Made by a program: the position numbers and the translations under genes. Shown in pieces: positions 13,456 to 28,009 of a DNA stretch of 64,000 nt. The notes beneath the pieces are model-generated. The model saw only the letters and a list, made by a program, of their open reading frames with translations. It did no database searches and had not been told where the DNA came from. This DNA comes from Felis catus (taxonomy: Eukaryota): positions 178,500,001-178,564,000 of the forward strand of contig NC_058368.1 of the NCBI RefSeq assembly GCF_018350175.1, read 5' to 3'. The first letter of the stretch is position 1. The number at the start of each line of letters is the position of its first letter.

Positions 13456-14188
13456 AAGTAGCTGTTATCATTACCCAAAGTCTTCTTATGCCGGAGATAC
13501 TGAATAGACTATAGACCAGGGAGAGAGAAGAAAGAGACCGGAGGCCAGGAGCAGAATTTGTAGGCATCTAGGTGGTCTCCAAAGGGCTTTCTGTCACTCT
13601 TAGAATAGGGTCTGCACTCCTCAGCTTGGCCTTCCAGACTTCCCAGTCAGGCTACTTTTTGGCTCTTGGCCCTGCTCCTGCTATCTCCCCCTCGCCCCCT
13701 GACAGCAACCTTCACATGCCAAGCCCATCCCTGCCTACAGGCTTTGCAATGGCTGTACCCTCTTCCTGGAATGCTCTTCCTCAAACTTCCCACGGCTGGC
13801 AACTTCATATCCTGGAGATATCACCTCCAAAGAGAGCCTTCCCTGAACACTTCCTCCTTGCTTTCATCCATTCAACCGCATTTATTGAGAAGCTACTAGG
13901 TGTTGGGCACTTCTAGGACCTAGGATAGAAAGATAATCAAGATAGAAAGGCCCCTCATGGAACTCACATTGCAGCATAGAGAGGCAGACAACACACAACA
14001 AATTATCAGAAAGAGACAGGTGCTCTGCAGGGAAATAAAGCACCATGACAGAATGGTGAGTTCTGAGACTGGTTTGAACCTAGTGGTCACAAGGCTCTCT
14101 CAGGAGGTGCCTTAATGCTGAAATCTCTCAGAAGGAAGAAACCAGCCATGTTCCCGGGGAAGGTGGTGGCTGGGGCTCAGCACCATAG

Positions 14189-14405
14189 CAGTAGTCCTCA
14201 ATCTGGGAATTTTGCTCCCTGAGGGTCATTCGGCAAAGTCTGGGGACATTTTTGGTTGTCACGACTTGGGATAGTGGGTTGCTATGGGTATCTAGAGAGT
14301 AGAGGTGAGCGATACTCCCAAATGTCGCACAAATACACAGGACAGTCCTCTGTGACAAAGAATTATCCTATACCAAATGCTAGTAGAGCTGAGGTTGGGG
14401 AGCCA
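14189..14405. mobile_element. MER20-like hAT DNA transposon
   Basis: cagtagtcctcaa...gtctggggacatttttggttgtcacgact...aaagaattatcc...caaatgctagtagagctgaggttg. Confidence 0.8.
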
Positions 14406-14975
14406 GAGCTTTGGGTTAGGGGTCCAAGGATGGGGAACATATGAGGGGAAATATGAGGGACAGACAGACAGCAAACAAGCAAATACAGAAGTGAGAATAA
14501 TTGGCAGGAAAATCCTTCCCTCTTTCTTCCGTCCAGTTCATCCCCTCACTGAGAAAAACAACCAATGTCCACATGGCTTATCCCAATTAACAACCATAAT
14601 GTTTGCTCACAGGGAGAACAATTTGACAGGAGATGGCATATTACATTCAAATTCAGCTTACGTGACAATATTCATGAGTCACTAAAAAATACACAGAAAC
14701 TGAGCTCATCCTTCAAAATTCATTCCATGAATATTTGCCAAGTACCTACTAGGTGTCAGACATTAGAAACCTTACCAAGTACATCGGAGAAACCCCGCCC
14801 TGCTTCTACCTGTCTCTTTTCTTGCTACGCACAGAAACAGGAAGCAGCCAGAGTGGGAAAGCCTGAGTAGATTTTAAACATTTAGTTATACTCTAGAGAA
14901 TACTCTTCAAATTTTTGGTTGAAGAGCTCAAGCAGGTCTTGATAGAGAAAGGATAGCAAATAATGATTTCCTTCT

Positions 14976-14976
<1 letters not shown>

Positions 14977-14999
<23 letters not shown>
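14977..14999. repeat. (CA)n microsatellite
   Basis: About 11 CA units. Confidence 0.9.
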
Positions 15000-15006
<7 letters not shown>

Positions 15007-15625
15007 AGTTTGAAACCTGGATCCATATGATAATCAACATCGACATTTAATCATTTAATATTTAATATAGACCTTTTCCAGAAAAGTTGTCATTAGGTTG
15101 ATTGCATGTCTCAAAATAGATTTGGCTGGATATAAGAGGGGATTATTATATATGACATTTACACGTCAGTTCCCCCTCCTTTGCCTGGGGCAGATATCGC
15201 TAACTGATGGCAGCACTCTTGACTGGATATACAGAGCTATGGACCCAGCTCTTCTTAACGTAGCATACCAGGCACTCAGTGCTGGTAAATCTAAGTTACC
15301 ACAAGGACGGAACATTTTTGCCTTCTATGCTGACTGTTTTTTTTTTGCATTATGTCATTTCTTCCCCATACTCAACTTGTGCAGCTGTTTTGTTTTGTTT
15401 TGTTTTGTTTTTTAACCTTAGCTCAGGAATGGTCACAGATACAGTTAGACAAGATTAGGGAAACATTCAGGATGCATAAATGGCTGGGGTTTGTTGATTT
15501 CTCTACAGGAAAGAAAGATGATGGGTTCTGAGTTAGTTGATGGCTTTTGCTCCTCCTCGCCGTGACGGCAGGTCCCAGGGGCAGGCGGGACCAGTGAACG
15601 GGGGAGCAGAGTCCATGATGAAACA

Positions 15626-15690
15626 GAGATCATTTTTATATTTTTATATACACGTCAGGAGATCATTTTTGTATTTTTATATACACGTCA
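15626..15690. repeat. 33-bp tandem duplication (2 copies, 1 mismatch)
   Basis: gagatcattttt(a/g)tatttttatatacacgtca at 15626 and 15659. Confidence 0.95.
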
Positions 15691-18190
15691 TGTCCAAAGT
15701 GCTGGGCAAGGCAGAACTGGGAGTCCCCGGGCTGAGGGTAGATCAGATGTGAGTTATGAGTTGAACACTGTCCGTGGACACGGAATGATATGGAGTCACC
15801 CCCTTCCCAGATTCGGGGCCAGCTCCTGGCTCCTGCACAGGACGATTCTGTTCTGGCAGCCTAAAGCCATCAAGTAGGGCTGGAAACTCTCTTGCACAGA
15901 CCAGTCCTCTGCCCCTTCCCCATCCCTTGCCAATCACAAATTGTCACTGTCCTTGAGCTTCAGAGAAATTACTCCCTTTAATGGAGAGCAGGACCTGAGC
16001 CAAATCTCCTCCCTCTGCCTCTTTCCTCACCGTTTCCCAGGCACAAGCACAGAACAAAATAAATGCAAACCAAACATGGAATAGGTTTTACTCCCCCAGG
16101 AAATTCTGGAACAGTTCAGATCTCTGCTTGCACTCAGACCCGGCGGACAAGGAAAATGAGCTCCAAGTACCGCCACGCGGCACTTACGTTAGGATTCTGG
16201 GCTGGGACGAACTCAGAAGGTGTCCCCCTCCTTCTGTGCCCGTGCACCACCTTCCCTTCCTTTCCCTGGTGCCAAATATGCCTTCATTCATAAATGAAGC
16301 ATGGGAACACCTGGCCTCATTCATTCGAGAATCACATAATGTTGGGTTATCTTTGTGATGCTTTTCAATCGATAAAAATCAACTACAAAAATGGTTTGAT
16401 CTTCACAACACCCTGTGACATAGCTACTGTTACTATTCCCATCTCACAGACAAGGAAACTGAGGCTCAGAGAAGCGAAGGGTCTTTCCCAAGAGAGAGAA
16501 ATGGGTAGATACTTGGGATGTGAGTCCACGTCTTCTGACTCACGGCCCGGAGTCCTTCCCGGTACAACACAGCTGCCGTGTAAGTGCTGTGACCTTTTAA
16601 TCGAGTGCGGCTATGCTGAGAAGGGTTTCATTATGATAGGAAATGAGCCCACCGAGGGCCAAGGCCAGGCGTAATTAATTTGAGAGTGTCCACTGCACTT
16701 TGGACACCTGTCGGTAAGGCACCGAGGAGCTCAGGCCAGCATCCATCTGCCGAGACCCTGAGGGCCTGCAGCAGCAAGGCACCCCCCTGGCCTGTTCCCT
16801 AGTGCTCAAGCTGAGGTCGCGCGTGAGCCACACACTTAGAGATCCACCTACCCGTCATTCATTCATTCATTCATTCACGCACTCGTTCGACAAACGATCC
16901 CTGCCTGTGTGCGGTTCGTGTGCCAGTGCGCATGTGGTTAGGGGACAGTGGAGACAGGTACACAAGACAGGTAGACTGTGGAGTACGTCAGGTGGTACCA
17001 GGTGATAAAAGTAAAACGGGGGGCATGGGGCGGCAGGGGTTTGGTATTTACGGGGGAAGGAAGGAAATTTCATAGGGTGGTCAGGGAAGGTGTCACGGAG
17101 AAGGGGGCATTTAAGCAGAGCTGGGAAGGAGTGAGTCATATAACTGGGCAGAGGAAAAGCACTCCAGGCAGAGGGAACAGCTGGTGCACAGACCCTGAGG
17201 TGAGGGGCAGGAGGGGAAAAACGGGGAGCCGGGCTGCTGGAGCAGCTGGCCTGCTCTATGCTGTACCCCCAGAGGCAGCTGTGTCCCAGTGCTCTCTGTC
17301 TTAGACTACACTGCAAGGATCTCCAGAGATTGTTCTTTTCTGTGTGTGTCCAGTGATCTCCTTGGGCAAATGTCCAGAAATCACATTTCTAGATCAAAGA
17401 GTTTGCACATTTTCAATGGTAGGAGCCACTTCTGGAAACTTTCTCCAAAGACATTTTTCTTCTTTCCTCCTGCATCCCCCCCCGCCCCGCCCCATGCTCG
17501 GTACATTTTTCTTAGAGACCCACATTAATCTTCCCCCAAACTGTTTACCTCCTGCTATTTGAATGTTCAGAGATCCCAATGGCCACCACTTGCCCAGAGG
17601 AAAAGGCTAAACTTTTTGGCCTGGAACTCAAGGCTTCCTCCGTCTGCTCCTAGCAGATTTCTCCCACGTTTCCTCCGGCTGCTCCCTTACACCGTCTACT
17701 CACTGCTCCAGCAGATGTTTCCCAGGATGTGTTTGGTCCTGGAAAAAATGGAAAGCTGAAAACTGAAGAATGTCAGTCTGGTTGGTGGGGTCACAGTCAA
17801 CTGAACTGCACTTGGTGGGCTGTTAGAGGTTCAGTGGCCAGCCACCCCCATACTCCACAGTCCCTCAGCCACACCTTGCCTCTCAGCCATGTGTGCTCTA
17901 TTTTCATTGGATCCAACATTTATTCACTCCGCAAGCACATATCATCCCCTGCTAGAGGCAGGCTCTCTGCTAAGCATGGGGACCCCTAAATGGGTATGAT
18001 TAGGGCCCAGCTCTAGTGCCTTTCCCATTTCTCTCTCTGAAATCTCCCAACCCTACTGGGATTCCACCTACCCTAGGAATCTCCTTGACCACCTGGGAGC
18101 CCAGTCAGCTCCCTCCTCCCTCCTCCCTCCTCCCACAGCACCTGCCTTCCATTTGGCACTTGGCATGAGTTGATCCACAGTCACTAATAT

Positions 18191-18214
18191 TTTTATTTTT
18201 TTTAATGTTTATTT

Positions 18215-18251
<37 letters not shown>

Positions 18252-18426
18252 TGCAAGTGGGGGAGGGGCAGAGAGAGAGAGAGAGAGGGAGACACAGAAT
18301 CCAAAGCAGGCTCCAGGCTCTGAGCTGTCGGCACAGAGTCTGATGTGGGGCTCGAACTCATGAACTGTGAGATCACGTCCTGAGCCTGAGTCAGATGCTT
18401 AACCAACTGAGACACCCAGGTGCCCC
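18191..18426 (-). mobile_element. CanSINE
   Basis: Full reverse-complement SINE ending cacccaggtgcccc. TSD-like cactaat(g)attttt. Confidence 0.93.
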
Positions 18427-18861
18427 AACACTAATGATTTTTTGGTAGTTGTGTGTTTCATTGCTCCAACTAGACCGGAGCTAGGAGAGGACAGGGACTA
18501 CAGCTTATTTTACATCTTTGTAATGGTCTCTGTGCCAATAGATTATCTGGCACATTGTGCTTTCTTACCAAATATTAGTTTGTTGAGGGTCTGGTTATGC
18601 TTCATCTCTGCTCAAAAACACTTGATAAAATCCAAATTCCTTAGCCTGTCAATTAAGACCTTCTCTTTAGGACTTGACTGAACATCGCCTCCTCCAGGAA
18701 GTCTTCCAGGAAGGACTATCTTAGGTTGAAGCTCACCTATGCCCCACCCCCCCACACACACATGCGCGCACACACACACACTCCTCTGTTGTCCTCTATT
18801 ACAACAGCTATCTGCAAGGTGGATGAGAACTTGGTCTTCAAACCTACAAGCCCCTGAGTTC

Positions 18862-19075
18862 TTTCTTTTTTCTTTTTTAATGTTTATTTTTTTTCGAGAG
18901 AGAGGCAGACTGCAACTGGGGGAGGGGCAGAGAGAGAGGGAGACAGAATCTGAAGCAGGCTCCAGGCTCTGGGCTGTCAGCACAGAGTCCAACGTGGGGC
19001 TTAAACCCACGAACTGTGAGATCATGAGCTGAGCTGAAGTCAGACGCTTACCCGACTGAGCCATCCAGGTGCCCC
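18862..19075 (-). mobile_element. CanSINE
   Basis: Full reverse-complement SINE. Imperfect TSD acaagcccc..gagttct on both sides. Confidence 0.93.
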
Positions 19076-20627
19076 ACAAGCCCCCAGAGTTCTAACCTTG
19101 GCTCTGCCACATAATGGTCATGTGGCAGTTCCTTCAGCTCTTAGACTCTCAGCTTCCTCGTCTGTCGAATAGGCATCATAATCACATTTGCCTCCTGGCA
19201 GGGATAGAGGGCCATGCTGTGAGAAATAGTAAGCAAAGGCAGCCACGGGCTCCAGCACCACGTGGAAAGCCACAGTAAATTAGCATCATCTTCTTACTGG
19301 CCACATCAGGTGTCTGTGTGCTCCTTTAGGACCGTCCAGAGCCGGCTTAGCTCCCCTCTGAATGGCTGGTGCCTGTTGGGGTCTGGGACAGGGATGCTTA
19401 ACCAATGCTTGTTGGGTGAGCGACCAGACACATTTACCTGTCATCCCAGGAAAACAGAGCTAAAAGCCCACTGATAGGGCATTGGGAACAGAGCTAAGGC
19501 CTAACGGGATTGAACTTGTCTCTCCTTGGGCGCATTCTCCTATTTCATGGCCCTGCCAGGCTTCCATGGGCAGCTGTGCTGAGCCAACCTCAATATCTTT
19601 CTGACAGATTCACTCAGATTCATCTAGACTCCACTGAGTTCTTCCTTTTTTATCTTGATTCGAATGTATATTTTCCCATTATAATCTAATTTTCTCCCTT
19701 CCTCCCAAACCAGAGCACTTTGCCCATAGAGATGTGGGCCACTGTTTGCATTTATAGCATCCTTATTAACCCTGCCCTGACCTCTGGGCTCAGTGCTCAG
19801 CCTGGGGAACAACTTCAGTTCCCTTTCCACAGGGCCTATTAAAATGCCTTTCTTTTAATTGGTCCAAAATGGAAGATGAGCTAAAAAAAATATGTCAGCT
19901 TTCCTTTTCCATTTCAGGGTGCAGGAAGGACACACGGTGTGCCTGCGTTGTGTCGCAATGCCCTGTGTGAAGGACCCAGGGGAGCCGCGTGAGGCAGGCT
20001 GATGAGGCAGGGTGGCTGGTGGGGGCTCAGGGATCCTCTGAGGGCTTTTCCGGGTTTCTGGCAGTGACCCTGGGGTTTAGAACGAAAAAGATGTAATATT
20101 GCATAATACTGTGAATTCAAATTTGGCCATCAGCAAAATTGTCCTTTAAAAATGCTGGTCAGATACTATGGCTAATATAGATACTTATTACATGCTTTGA
20201 GCACTTACTGTGCTTTAGGCTCTGCTCTAAATGCTTTCTGGGTGTTCATCCCTCAAACCCTCATACATTGGAGAAATATTTTTTTTTCCATTTTCGGGTG
20301 AAGATATTGAGGCACAATGAAGGTATAAACTCAACCAAACAACCTAGCTCTAATCAGCAGGGAGCTATGGCTAGCTCACATGGATCCTTTCTAGAAATGG
20401 TGTAGGACGTCCTGTTCTCTTGGTGGTGGCCCAGCCTCCACAGCTTGGCGATAGGAGCACCGGGTACCAGCCCTCTTTGTCATCTTGGACAGAAGCCCTT
20501 GCACAAGGTATAAACTACCCAACCTCTCATGGTGGCCCTGGTGGCAGAAGTAGGATCTGAACCCAGACTGGCTCTGGAGTCTGTATGCAAAAGTCCTGTA
20601 CACCCCAGCCCTTGCTGAGCTGGCTCA

Positions 20628-20667
20628 CTGGGGGGGGGGGGGGGGGGGGGAGGGGGCAGGAGGGGGT
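20628..20667. repeat. Poly-G tract with adjacent G-runs
   Basis: More than 20 consecutive G, then aggggg and gagggggg. Confidence 0.9.
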
Positions 20668-23600
20668 TCTTCTGTGCCTGAGTTACCGGAGCTGAGAGCA
20701 GAGCTGGGGACGGAGAAGTAGCTCAGGCTTGTTGGTTTGCTAAGATCAATGGGTCAGGAGGGTTCATGAGCATGTCCAGACCCAAGGATTTAGCCCCGAG
20801 GGCAAAACTTTAGGGTCTGAAGATCCTGAAGGCCGGTTCTAGGCAAGTCTCTGGATGGATTTGTGTAGGTTAGGAACCCACGCTCAGATAAGGCCGAGTA
20901 CAGAATGACACTTTCAAGTTCGAGATTTTGATTTCAGGAGATGACATGGTGGAGAAGGAGAGGCACGGCGTTGAGCATCAGACAGAGCAGGGTTTCTGTT
21001 CCAGACCCACCTCTCACCGCCTGCGTGACTTTGGGTGCATTAGTAACCAGCCACACTCAGTCTGAAGAGGAACCGAGTTGTCCTTGTTGGGTGCCTAAAA
21101 CAGCGTCTCCCCGCTCTGCTCCTCATCCCTTCAGCTGTGAGGGTATCTCACACCCCCCAAACCTCCCCTGCCACATCAGCCCCCTCTCCTGCCCCTCCCA
21201 GCCCCTCAGCTGGAGAAATAAACAGAGTTCCTGCTTGTGTGGGCCCAAGGGAGTTGGTGCCATCAGTGAGGAGAAGCTCATGGCCTTTAGGAGCCCAGAA
21301 GCTCCGGGGGTAAAATGTCTTCAGAACCCTCCCCTATCACCTTCCTTTTTATGCAAAACACTCACGCAGAGACCCACAGGCTGAATCTTCATTCTGTTTC
21401 TCTTTTTCTGTGCTTATTTTTCTTTTCCACTGAGACTTTTGATCAGGGCTATGGCAACAGCCAAGAAAACATTCTTCAAGAAGCCAGAGAATATTTAAAA
21501 TACAATTTTAAATATCTGCCCTCATAAGAATGACCAAAAATAAACCAAAACACTGGCCTGGACCATTTCCTCCTGGTCTGGCACACACATTTCAGGGTCC
21601 AGGGGGAGCAGCTAGGGACAAATGTGGTTCTGACAGGGTGTTCTCAACCCTCCAAGTTCAGGATGCAGGATAATTCCGCTCACATCCTCGCTCCTATTGA
21701 GTTACATCACAAAGAACTCACTCACTCAGCACTTGGCCGAGCAGATTATGGACCAGCAGATCTCCTGGCCAAGCCCAGGAGATGATTCGAGGAATAACAA
21801 ATGCGCTCACGCCCAAGTAGCGCATCTCCCTCTGGTGGGCCTGGCCTGTTTCGTGAAGGCCCCGACAGGCCAAGGACTCTTCTGCAAGCACTTCTGCTCC
21901 AACCAACAGTCATAATCTCCTTCCATCATCCAGTGTCCTCCTCCAGTTAATCCTGTGCACCGTTGACTATTGGCCGGATTTCGAAATGACAGTAAGGACA
22001 AAATGAGAGCAGCTGGCATTTGCTTTCTCAGGAATTGCTCTACGTGCTCTACTCATACGATCTTCCTTCATCCACCTCAGAAGCTAGGAGCTGTAATTCT
22101 CCCAGTTTACAGATGGGAAGATGGAGGCTCAGAATGATTAAGCAACTTGCCTTAGGTCACACACCTGAACAAGTTGTGGTTCAACAGAACTCACACCTTT
22201 GAAGGGCTGCCAACCTAGACAAGATGCCACCGGTGGGGGTCACTGGGCTCACTCACGGGGAGTGCTTTCCAAGTGCATTTTGTAGGCATGTATTTCCCTA
22301 AAGCGTTAATGCATCTTCTAAAGAAGATTCAGGGGTCAGATTTCATTTGTGAAGCAGTGGGCTAAGCATTGCCAGTTTTGTTTCCCTACCTCAGGATGTC
22401 TTAGGACTTTTACTCTCCTAATCTGCAGGAGGCTCCCCATGCTGCATTTCCTTAATCACAAAGGTGCCATCAATCTAAGGTGCATCATTTATGCAACAAC
22501 TACTTTCGTAGGAAATAAACATGTTCGCATAGGCGAACATCAAGTGTAAGACACGTGCTGATTTCCAAAGCGTTCATATGTGGCAATCAAAGAAATGTGT
22601 TATTAGGCAGGGTTTTCCCAGGACTTTGGGCCAAGGAACTCATCTTATTCAGGACTGGTGCTCCTCAGAAAAGTCTTTGGCCACCACGGGATGCAGGAGA
22701 GAGCTGTCTCAGAGCTGGGTGGCCAGGAAGACATCAGGGAGGCAGCCTGGAAATACGTCTTGAGATCTGGGCAAGAGGCGAAAAGAGAGGCTGGAGTGGG
22801 CTGGGTGCTGGAGCACATACAAGGAGGGGCTGCCTCCTCCCCTCAGGACTGTGTCCTGCCTGGCACCCCATTACGAAGGGGGACTGCAGGGAAGAGGAGG
22901 AGGATGTTCTTGGGACATGTTTCCCCACCACCACTCAGCCAAACGCTAAATACAGAGAACAAGCAGCCATGGCTCCTGCCCTTGGGACCTCACAGTCTAT
23001 TATGGAGACCTTGAAACCAGCAGTTTCGGCACCGGCCAGGCATTGCTATGGCAGGGGAAATGTGCGTGCTATGAGAGCTTAGCGGGTACTCTTCCTACCT
23101 GGAAAGTGGTCAGGGAGTGCTTCCTGGAGAAAGTAGCTTTTAAGCCAAGGCCTGATGGATAGGGGGTTGCTGAACAAAATTAATAATAGTTAGGTTAGCC
23201 GAGATGTTGGGGTAGAGAAATGGGACATTGAAAAGGCCCGGGTCATGCAGGGTCTTGATGACCATGGGAGGACATAAGGATCTCACCTTGCAGACCGTGG
23301 AGATCTGGTGTGGGGGTTAAGACCAAGGGACTTAACCACACTAAGTCGCAATCCCTGCTACAATCTTGTCTAGCCTAGGGCAAGTTCGTCTGCAGAGCTA
23401 AACCTCAGCTCTGTCATCTGTATAATGGGGATAACGACAGTACCTACTGCAGAGTTGTTGTGAAGGTTGTATAGGAAAGTGTGTGCAAAGTGCCCGGCAT
23501 GGAGAGAAGTATTATTATGGAAGAGCCCTGGCCCCAGATTTGGACAGCGCAGATTCAGGTCTGGCTCTGTCACATGTTAGCTGCAGGCCTTATCAACACA

Positions 23601-26600
23601 TTGGACCTCTCTTTCCCACCTGTTCAAAGGAGATGTTACCTGTCCAAACTTCTAATGTGGCATTTTTTTTTAAAAAATAAGTTTTTGGTTACACTCATTA
23701 GTAAAAGGAAAATAGAGGTATCGATCAATGCAAGCATTCTCCTTTCTCTTTCTTTCTAAAGTCCTGCCCTTTTTTAGATTTATAAATGTTCCTCCCATTC
23801 ACATTGACTGACTGTCAGACATGTCCTGAGACCCCAGGCTGCCCCCCAGCTTCAGCCCCTCAGATTAATCTCCAGGCTCCATATTTCTCTGAGAATTCCA
23901 TCAACTGATTCTTTCTCAGGCCAGATATCTCCTGAGCAAAAGGAGAGCTTTTTTGTCTTGGAAAGCTAACGAATGATTTAAAACTGTGCTGGGCTCAGGT
24001 GAGTGAGCTAATGGCCCCGCAGCACTTGGAGGTTTTACTTGGGGTCTCCAGCCCTGAGACCTTCTGCTGTCACTTTCTTTAGAGAATCATGGCACTGACT
24101 TAGGCACATGGCTTTCCCTCCTTTCTGGCTTTGGGTCTCACCAGTGCAGAAGGTCTGGTGTTATCAAGCTCTAGGCAGGGAGGTGGGTCATTTCTGTGTC
24201 AGGATGCTTCTGGCTACAGGGTTGCCCAGTCTTCAAAAGGAGGAAGGAGCCTAAAGGGGAGAGTGGATGAATGAACCCTCTGTCTTTCCCAAGCTGGGGC
24301 TTGGGAACAGGAAATAGGGAAAGATACTGTGGAGGAGACAGAGGAGGCTTCTTTGGATAGGAGGCCACCTTGCTGGTTCTGGTCCCGCTGAACAAGTCCC
24401 AGGCAAGGCTGCTTTGGACAAGCCACTTTCCTCTTTGTGTCCGAGTCACTTTTTAAAAACTCAAGAGGTGCAATCATTACTAGCTGCTGTTTATTGCCCA
24501 GATCCTTGCACTCACTCCTATGGATGATTACGTCTATTTTACAGATGGGAAAAGTGTGGCACAGAGAGGTGAAAAAACTTGGCCATATTCCCAGGACTAG
24601 TAATAGGTGGAGTGGAGATTGGAACTGGGGTGTGTGAACTCTAACTCTGTGAGCTCACACACAGTACACACAGCCCCTCTCCAACCTACCCCTCCTAGGG
24701 CCAGTCCCTTCAAGCTCCAGAGAGCTCTTTCAACATCTAGACCCAAGTATCTGTGATTTCCCATGAAAACACCCCAGATATCTCTTCCACCATCTCACTA
24801 ATCATGCTATCCACTATTTCCCCCAGATTATGCCATGTGTTTCAGAGGGTTTCCACACAGCTGCTAGTCTGTTATCTTAGAGGAAACCATAGTAACTACA
24901 AACACAAGCATTTATCTGATCAATTGGTGTTTTAAAATCACAGGAACTGAGGACATAGCAGAAGAAGCAAATAAGTTTTGAGGAAGTGGAAGAAGGTGTC
25001 CCCACTGGGAGGTTGAGCCCCGGGGAAATATGGATGAGCCCTGAGTCTCCATCCGGAGGTGGGACCAACCTCAGTGTTGCCAGTCTCGTGGGTTTCCAGG
25101 AGGATCACCTGGAATCATGGCTGAGCAGGGGCTCTATACACATGGGAGGGGTTGCCACACCCAGCCTGACACCAGAGCTCGTCTGGGGTCCCACCTGCTC
25201 CCCAGCTCGGATGCAGGTGGTACAGGTGGTTAGAATCACTGGTCCAGGAGTTATATTATCTATGCTTTGACAGACAGGAAATAGGAGATTGCAGAGACCT
25301 CAGTCAGTTGCTGTCCACCACAAAGCTGACCTGTAGGCATGGACCCCAGATGCTAACGTGGCCCAAGGAAGGGTCTGCCCAGCCTGGGCTTTATTCCAGT
25401 TTCCTGACCTGGTGTACCAGCAAGCAAGAGGATCCCAGGGAAGCCAGGTGGCCCACAGGGAGACTTGCATACAGGCTGGTGTTGAGAATCTCTCTTCTTC
25501 TTGGGGTTGGAGAAAAAGCAGCACATATTTGCAATGCAGCTGGACAGCATGTATCATGGACATTAAAACAATTTATCCTTTTTGACTCTATCTGGGAGCC
25601 TATTCCAAGGCAACAATCAAAATGACCGAAATACCTACCTGCATAAAGATGTTCTGTGCAGCCTTATTTATAACTGGAAGTAATCCTTATGTCCAACAGT
25701 TGGGAGACAGTTGAGTAAACCGTAGTCTATCTACCTTCTCACCCTTATGCAGGCAGTAAAAATAATGTCATGAAGACTTTGTATTAGCAAGAGAAAATGA
25801 TGATAATACAATAATAAATGAAAAGGCAGAAGAATAAAAACCTTGCAGTGGTAGATTGCAAAAATGGCCACAGTGTTTTGTAGATTTCCCTATCAGGAGG
25901 CCATCTTTCCTTCCCCTCTCGAATCTGGGCCAGCCTTGGGACCAGCTGGGACTAATAGGATGTGGTGTGATATGGCACAAGGGCCAAGCCTGGACCTTGA
26001 GAGGATTTGCAGCTTCCAATTCGCTTTCTGCTCTTGGAACCAGCACCATAAGAGCAGGCTCATCTAGTCCCCTAGGAAACCCCTTGTCACCCGAGTCACC
26101 TGGTCACTCCAGCTGATAGCCAGCCACCCGTGGGACGTGAGTGAGGCCTTCCAGAGCCAAGTGAGTACATGAGTGGGCCCAGCTGAGGTCAGCCAAGCTC
26201 AGATCAGACCGGAAGGACCACACAGCAGAATTATGAGCCTCTGTTGCTCAATTTGGGGGTAGTTTGTTACACAGGAGTGGATAACTGACACACAAGCCTA
26301 TGAGTATCACCAGGCACAGAAAAACTACTTACAAGAGGCGGGGGGAGGAATAAAATCCTGGAGGACAAGATTCCAAAATGCAAGGACTAGGTTTATTAAA
26401 TGGTGGTGGGATTACAGATCATTTTTAAAAGATCATTTGTTTCAAAATGTTAAGACTGTGTTTAAGCTATTTGCAAAGAAAAATAAAAGCACATTTTAAA
26501 AAGCGAAAATGGGAGCCCATTTTTCTTCTCTGTAGAGTTCTAATTCAGATCCCTCTGACACGGTGGCTTTTTGAGTTGGGACCTCATCAGTCTGCCTACC

Positions 26601-27001
26601 ATGGATACAGGGGGAGACTTGAGCTCTGCCCTCCAGGCAGGGCCAGGACGATGGGCTCTGGAGGGCTATCCCTGGGACGCTTGGCCTCTTTCCCACAGGC
26701 TCTGAAGCAGGAAGCTTGGGAACTGTTTTCTGGTGTTTTCAGCCGCCGTCTGTAGCTCCCGCCACCCCCCAACCCCTATGGCATTCACAGTCCACACAGG
26801 GCAGGCAGTCCCACACCCTTGTTACTTTTTAATTGTTCCACTGTGTTTAGAGAGCTCCAGAACCAAAGCTGACACAGGAGGAGGAGCCTGAAATTTGGCG
26901 TGTAAAAGCCTGGACTCAAATCGCAGCTCGGCCCTTCCTGGCTCCTGCATTCCACCCTTGGCACAGACTGTGCTTCAGGGCCTGAGCTAGGCCTGGACAT
27001 T

Positions 27002-27205
27002 AAAAAAAATTTTTTTAATGTTTATTTAATTTTGAGAGAGACAGAAAGAGTGTGAGCAAGGAAGGGGCAGAGAGAGAGGGAGACACAAATCTGAGGCAGG
27101 CTCCAGGCTCTGAGCTGTCAGCACAGAGCCCGACGCGGGGCTCGAACCCACAGACCACCCGAGCCGAAGTCGGACGCTCAACCGACTGAGCCACCCAGGT
27201 GCCCC
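27002..27205 (-). mobile_element. CanSINE with a small internal deletion
   Basis: TSD aggcctggacatt at 26989-27001 and 27206-27218. Lacks the gtgagatcatga segment present in other copies. Confidence 0.94.
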
Positions 27206-28009
27206 AGGCCTGGACATTTAGAGATGAATTGTGGGGGGGCCTACACACTCAAACACCAAATTTACTGTTTGAGTAATTTACTCCTAGTTTACACATAATT
27301 TACTGTTGAAGCTGGGTTGGTTTTGAGAGTGAAGGGGGCTGACTGGAGTAAACAGGGGCTGTGCAAGCTGCTGGGGCCCTCCGGTCATGCTGCCCGGAGC
27401 CCATTCTCTCCAAACGGAGCTGCAGTCTAGAAGAGCCGTCCCGCAAACAAAGGGAATTTAAACAAATTACAAAGAAAATCACCGCTTTCCTTTAAATGCA
27501 TGAAAGTAGGTAATACTCATAGTTCACAGTTACACTGTTCCTATTTTTCCTTTGTTCCTGAATTTTTCCTAACTGAAGCTGTTCCAAAACCCCTCACATG
27601 TCAAACCAGAGAAGATTTTCTGGGACACTCGGCCCACGTGGGTTTTCTCTCTTTCAGCCACCCCCTCCCTTTCCAGCTCTCAGCTCTGTGTTACCTCTCT
27701 GCCTTCTGCCTCTCTAAAGCCAGCTCTCTCCCCCCATTCTCCAGAGGGACCGGAAGGAGGAGGGAAGGAGAATCTGACAGTCGAGGACAAAGAACTGACT
27801 GCTTGGAGTGGGGAACCAACAGGGAGGCCCATGTGGAGCAATCTGATCAATGTTATTCTTGGTACACACACAGATAACACAGTGTGCAAAGTTCAAAGAT
27901 AGAGCGGGCCTACCTGAGGGAGGGGCACCTAATTCAGATGACCCTTCATAAACATTGATTGGATTTTGATTTAAATGCTCTGTGACTTTAGTCAAATCAC
28001 TTAACCCTT

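Noticed and set aside
15626..15690. Direct repeats of CRISPR-like length
   Set aside because: Only two abutting copies with no spacer, in mammalian DNA.
22555..23082. 175-aa ORF
   Set aside because: Non-ATG start, no homology or splice support, 3' part resembles an L2 remnant.
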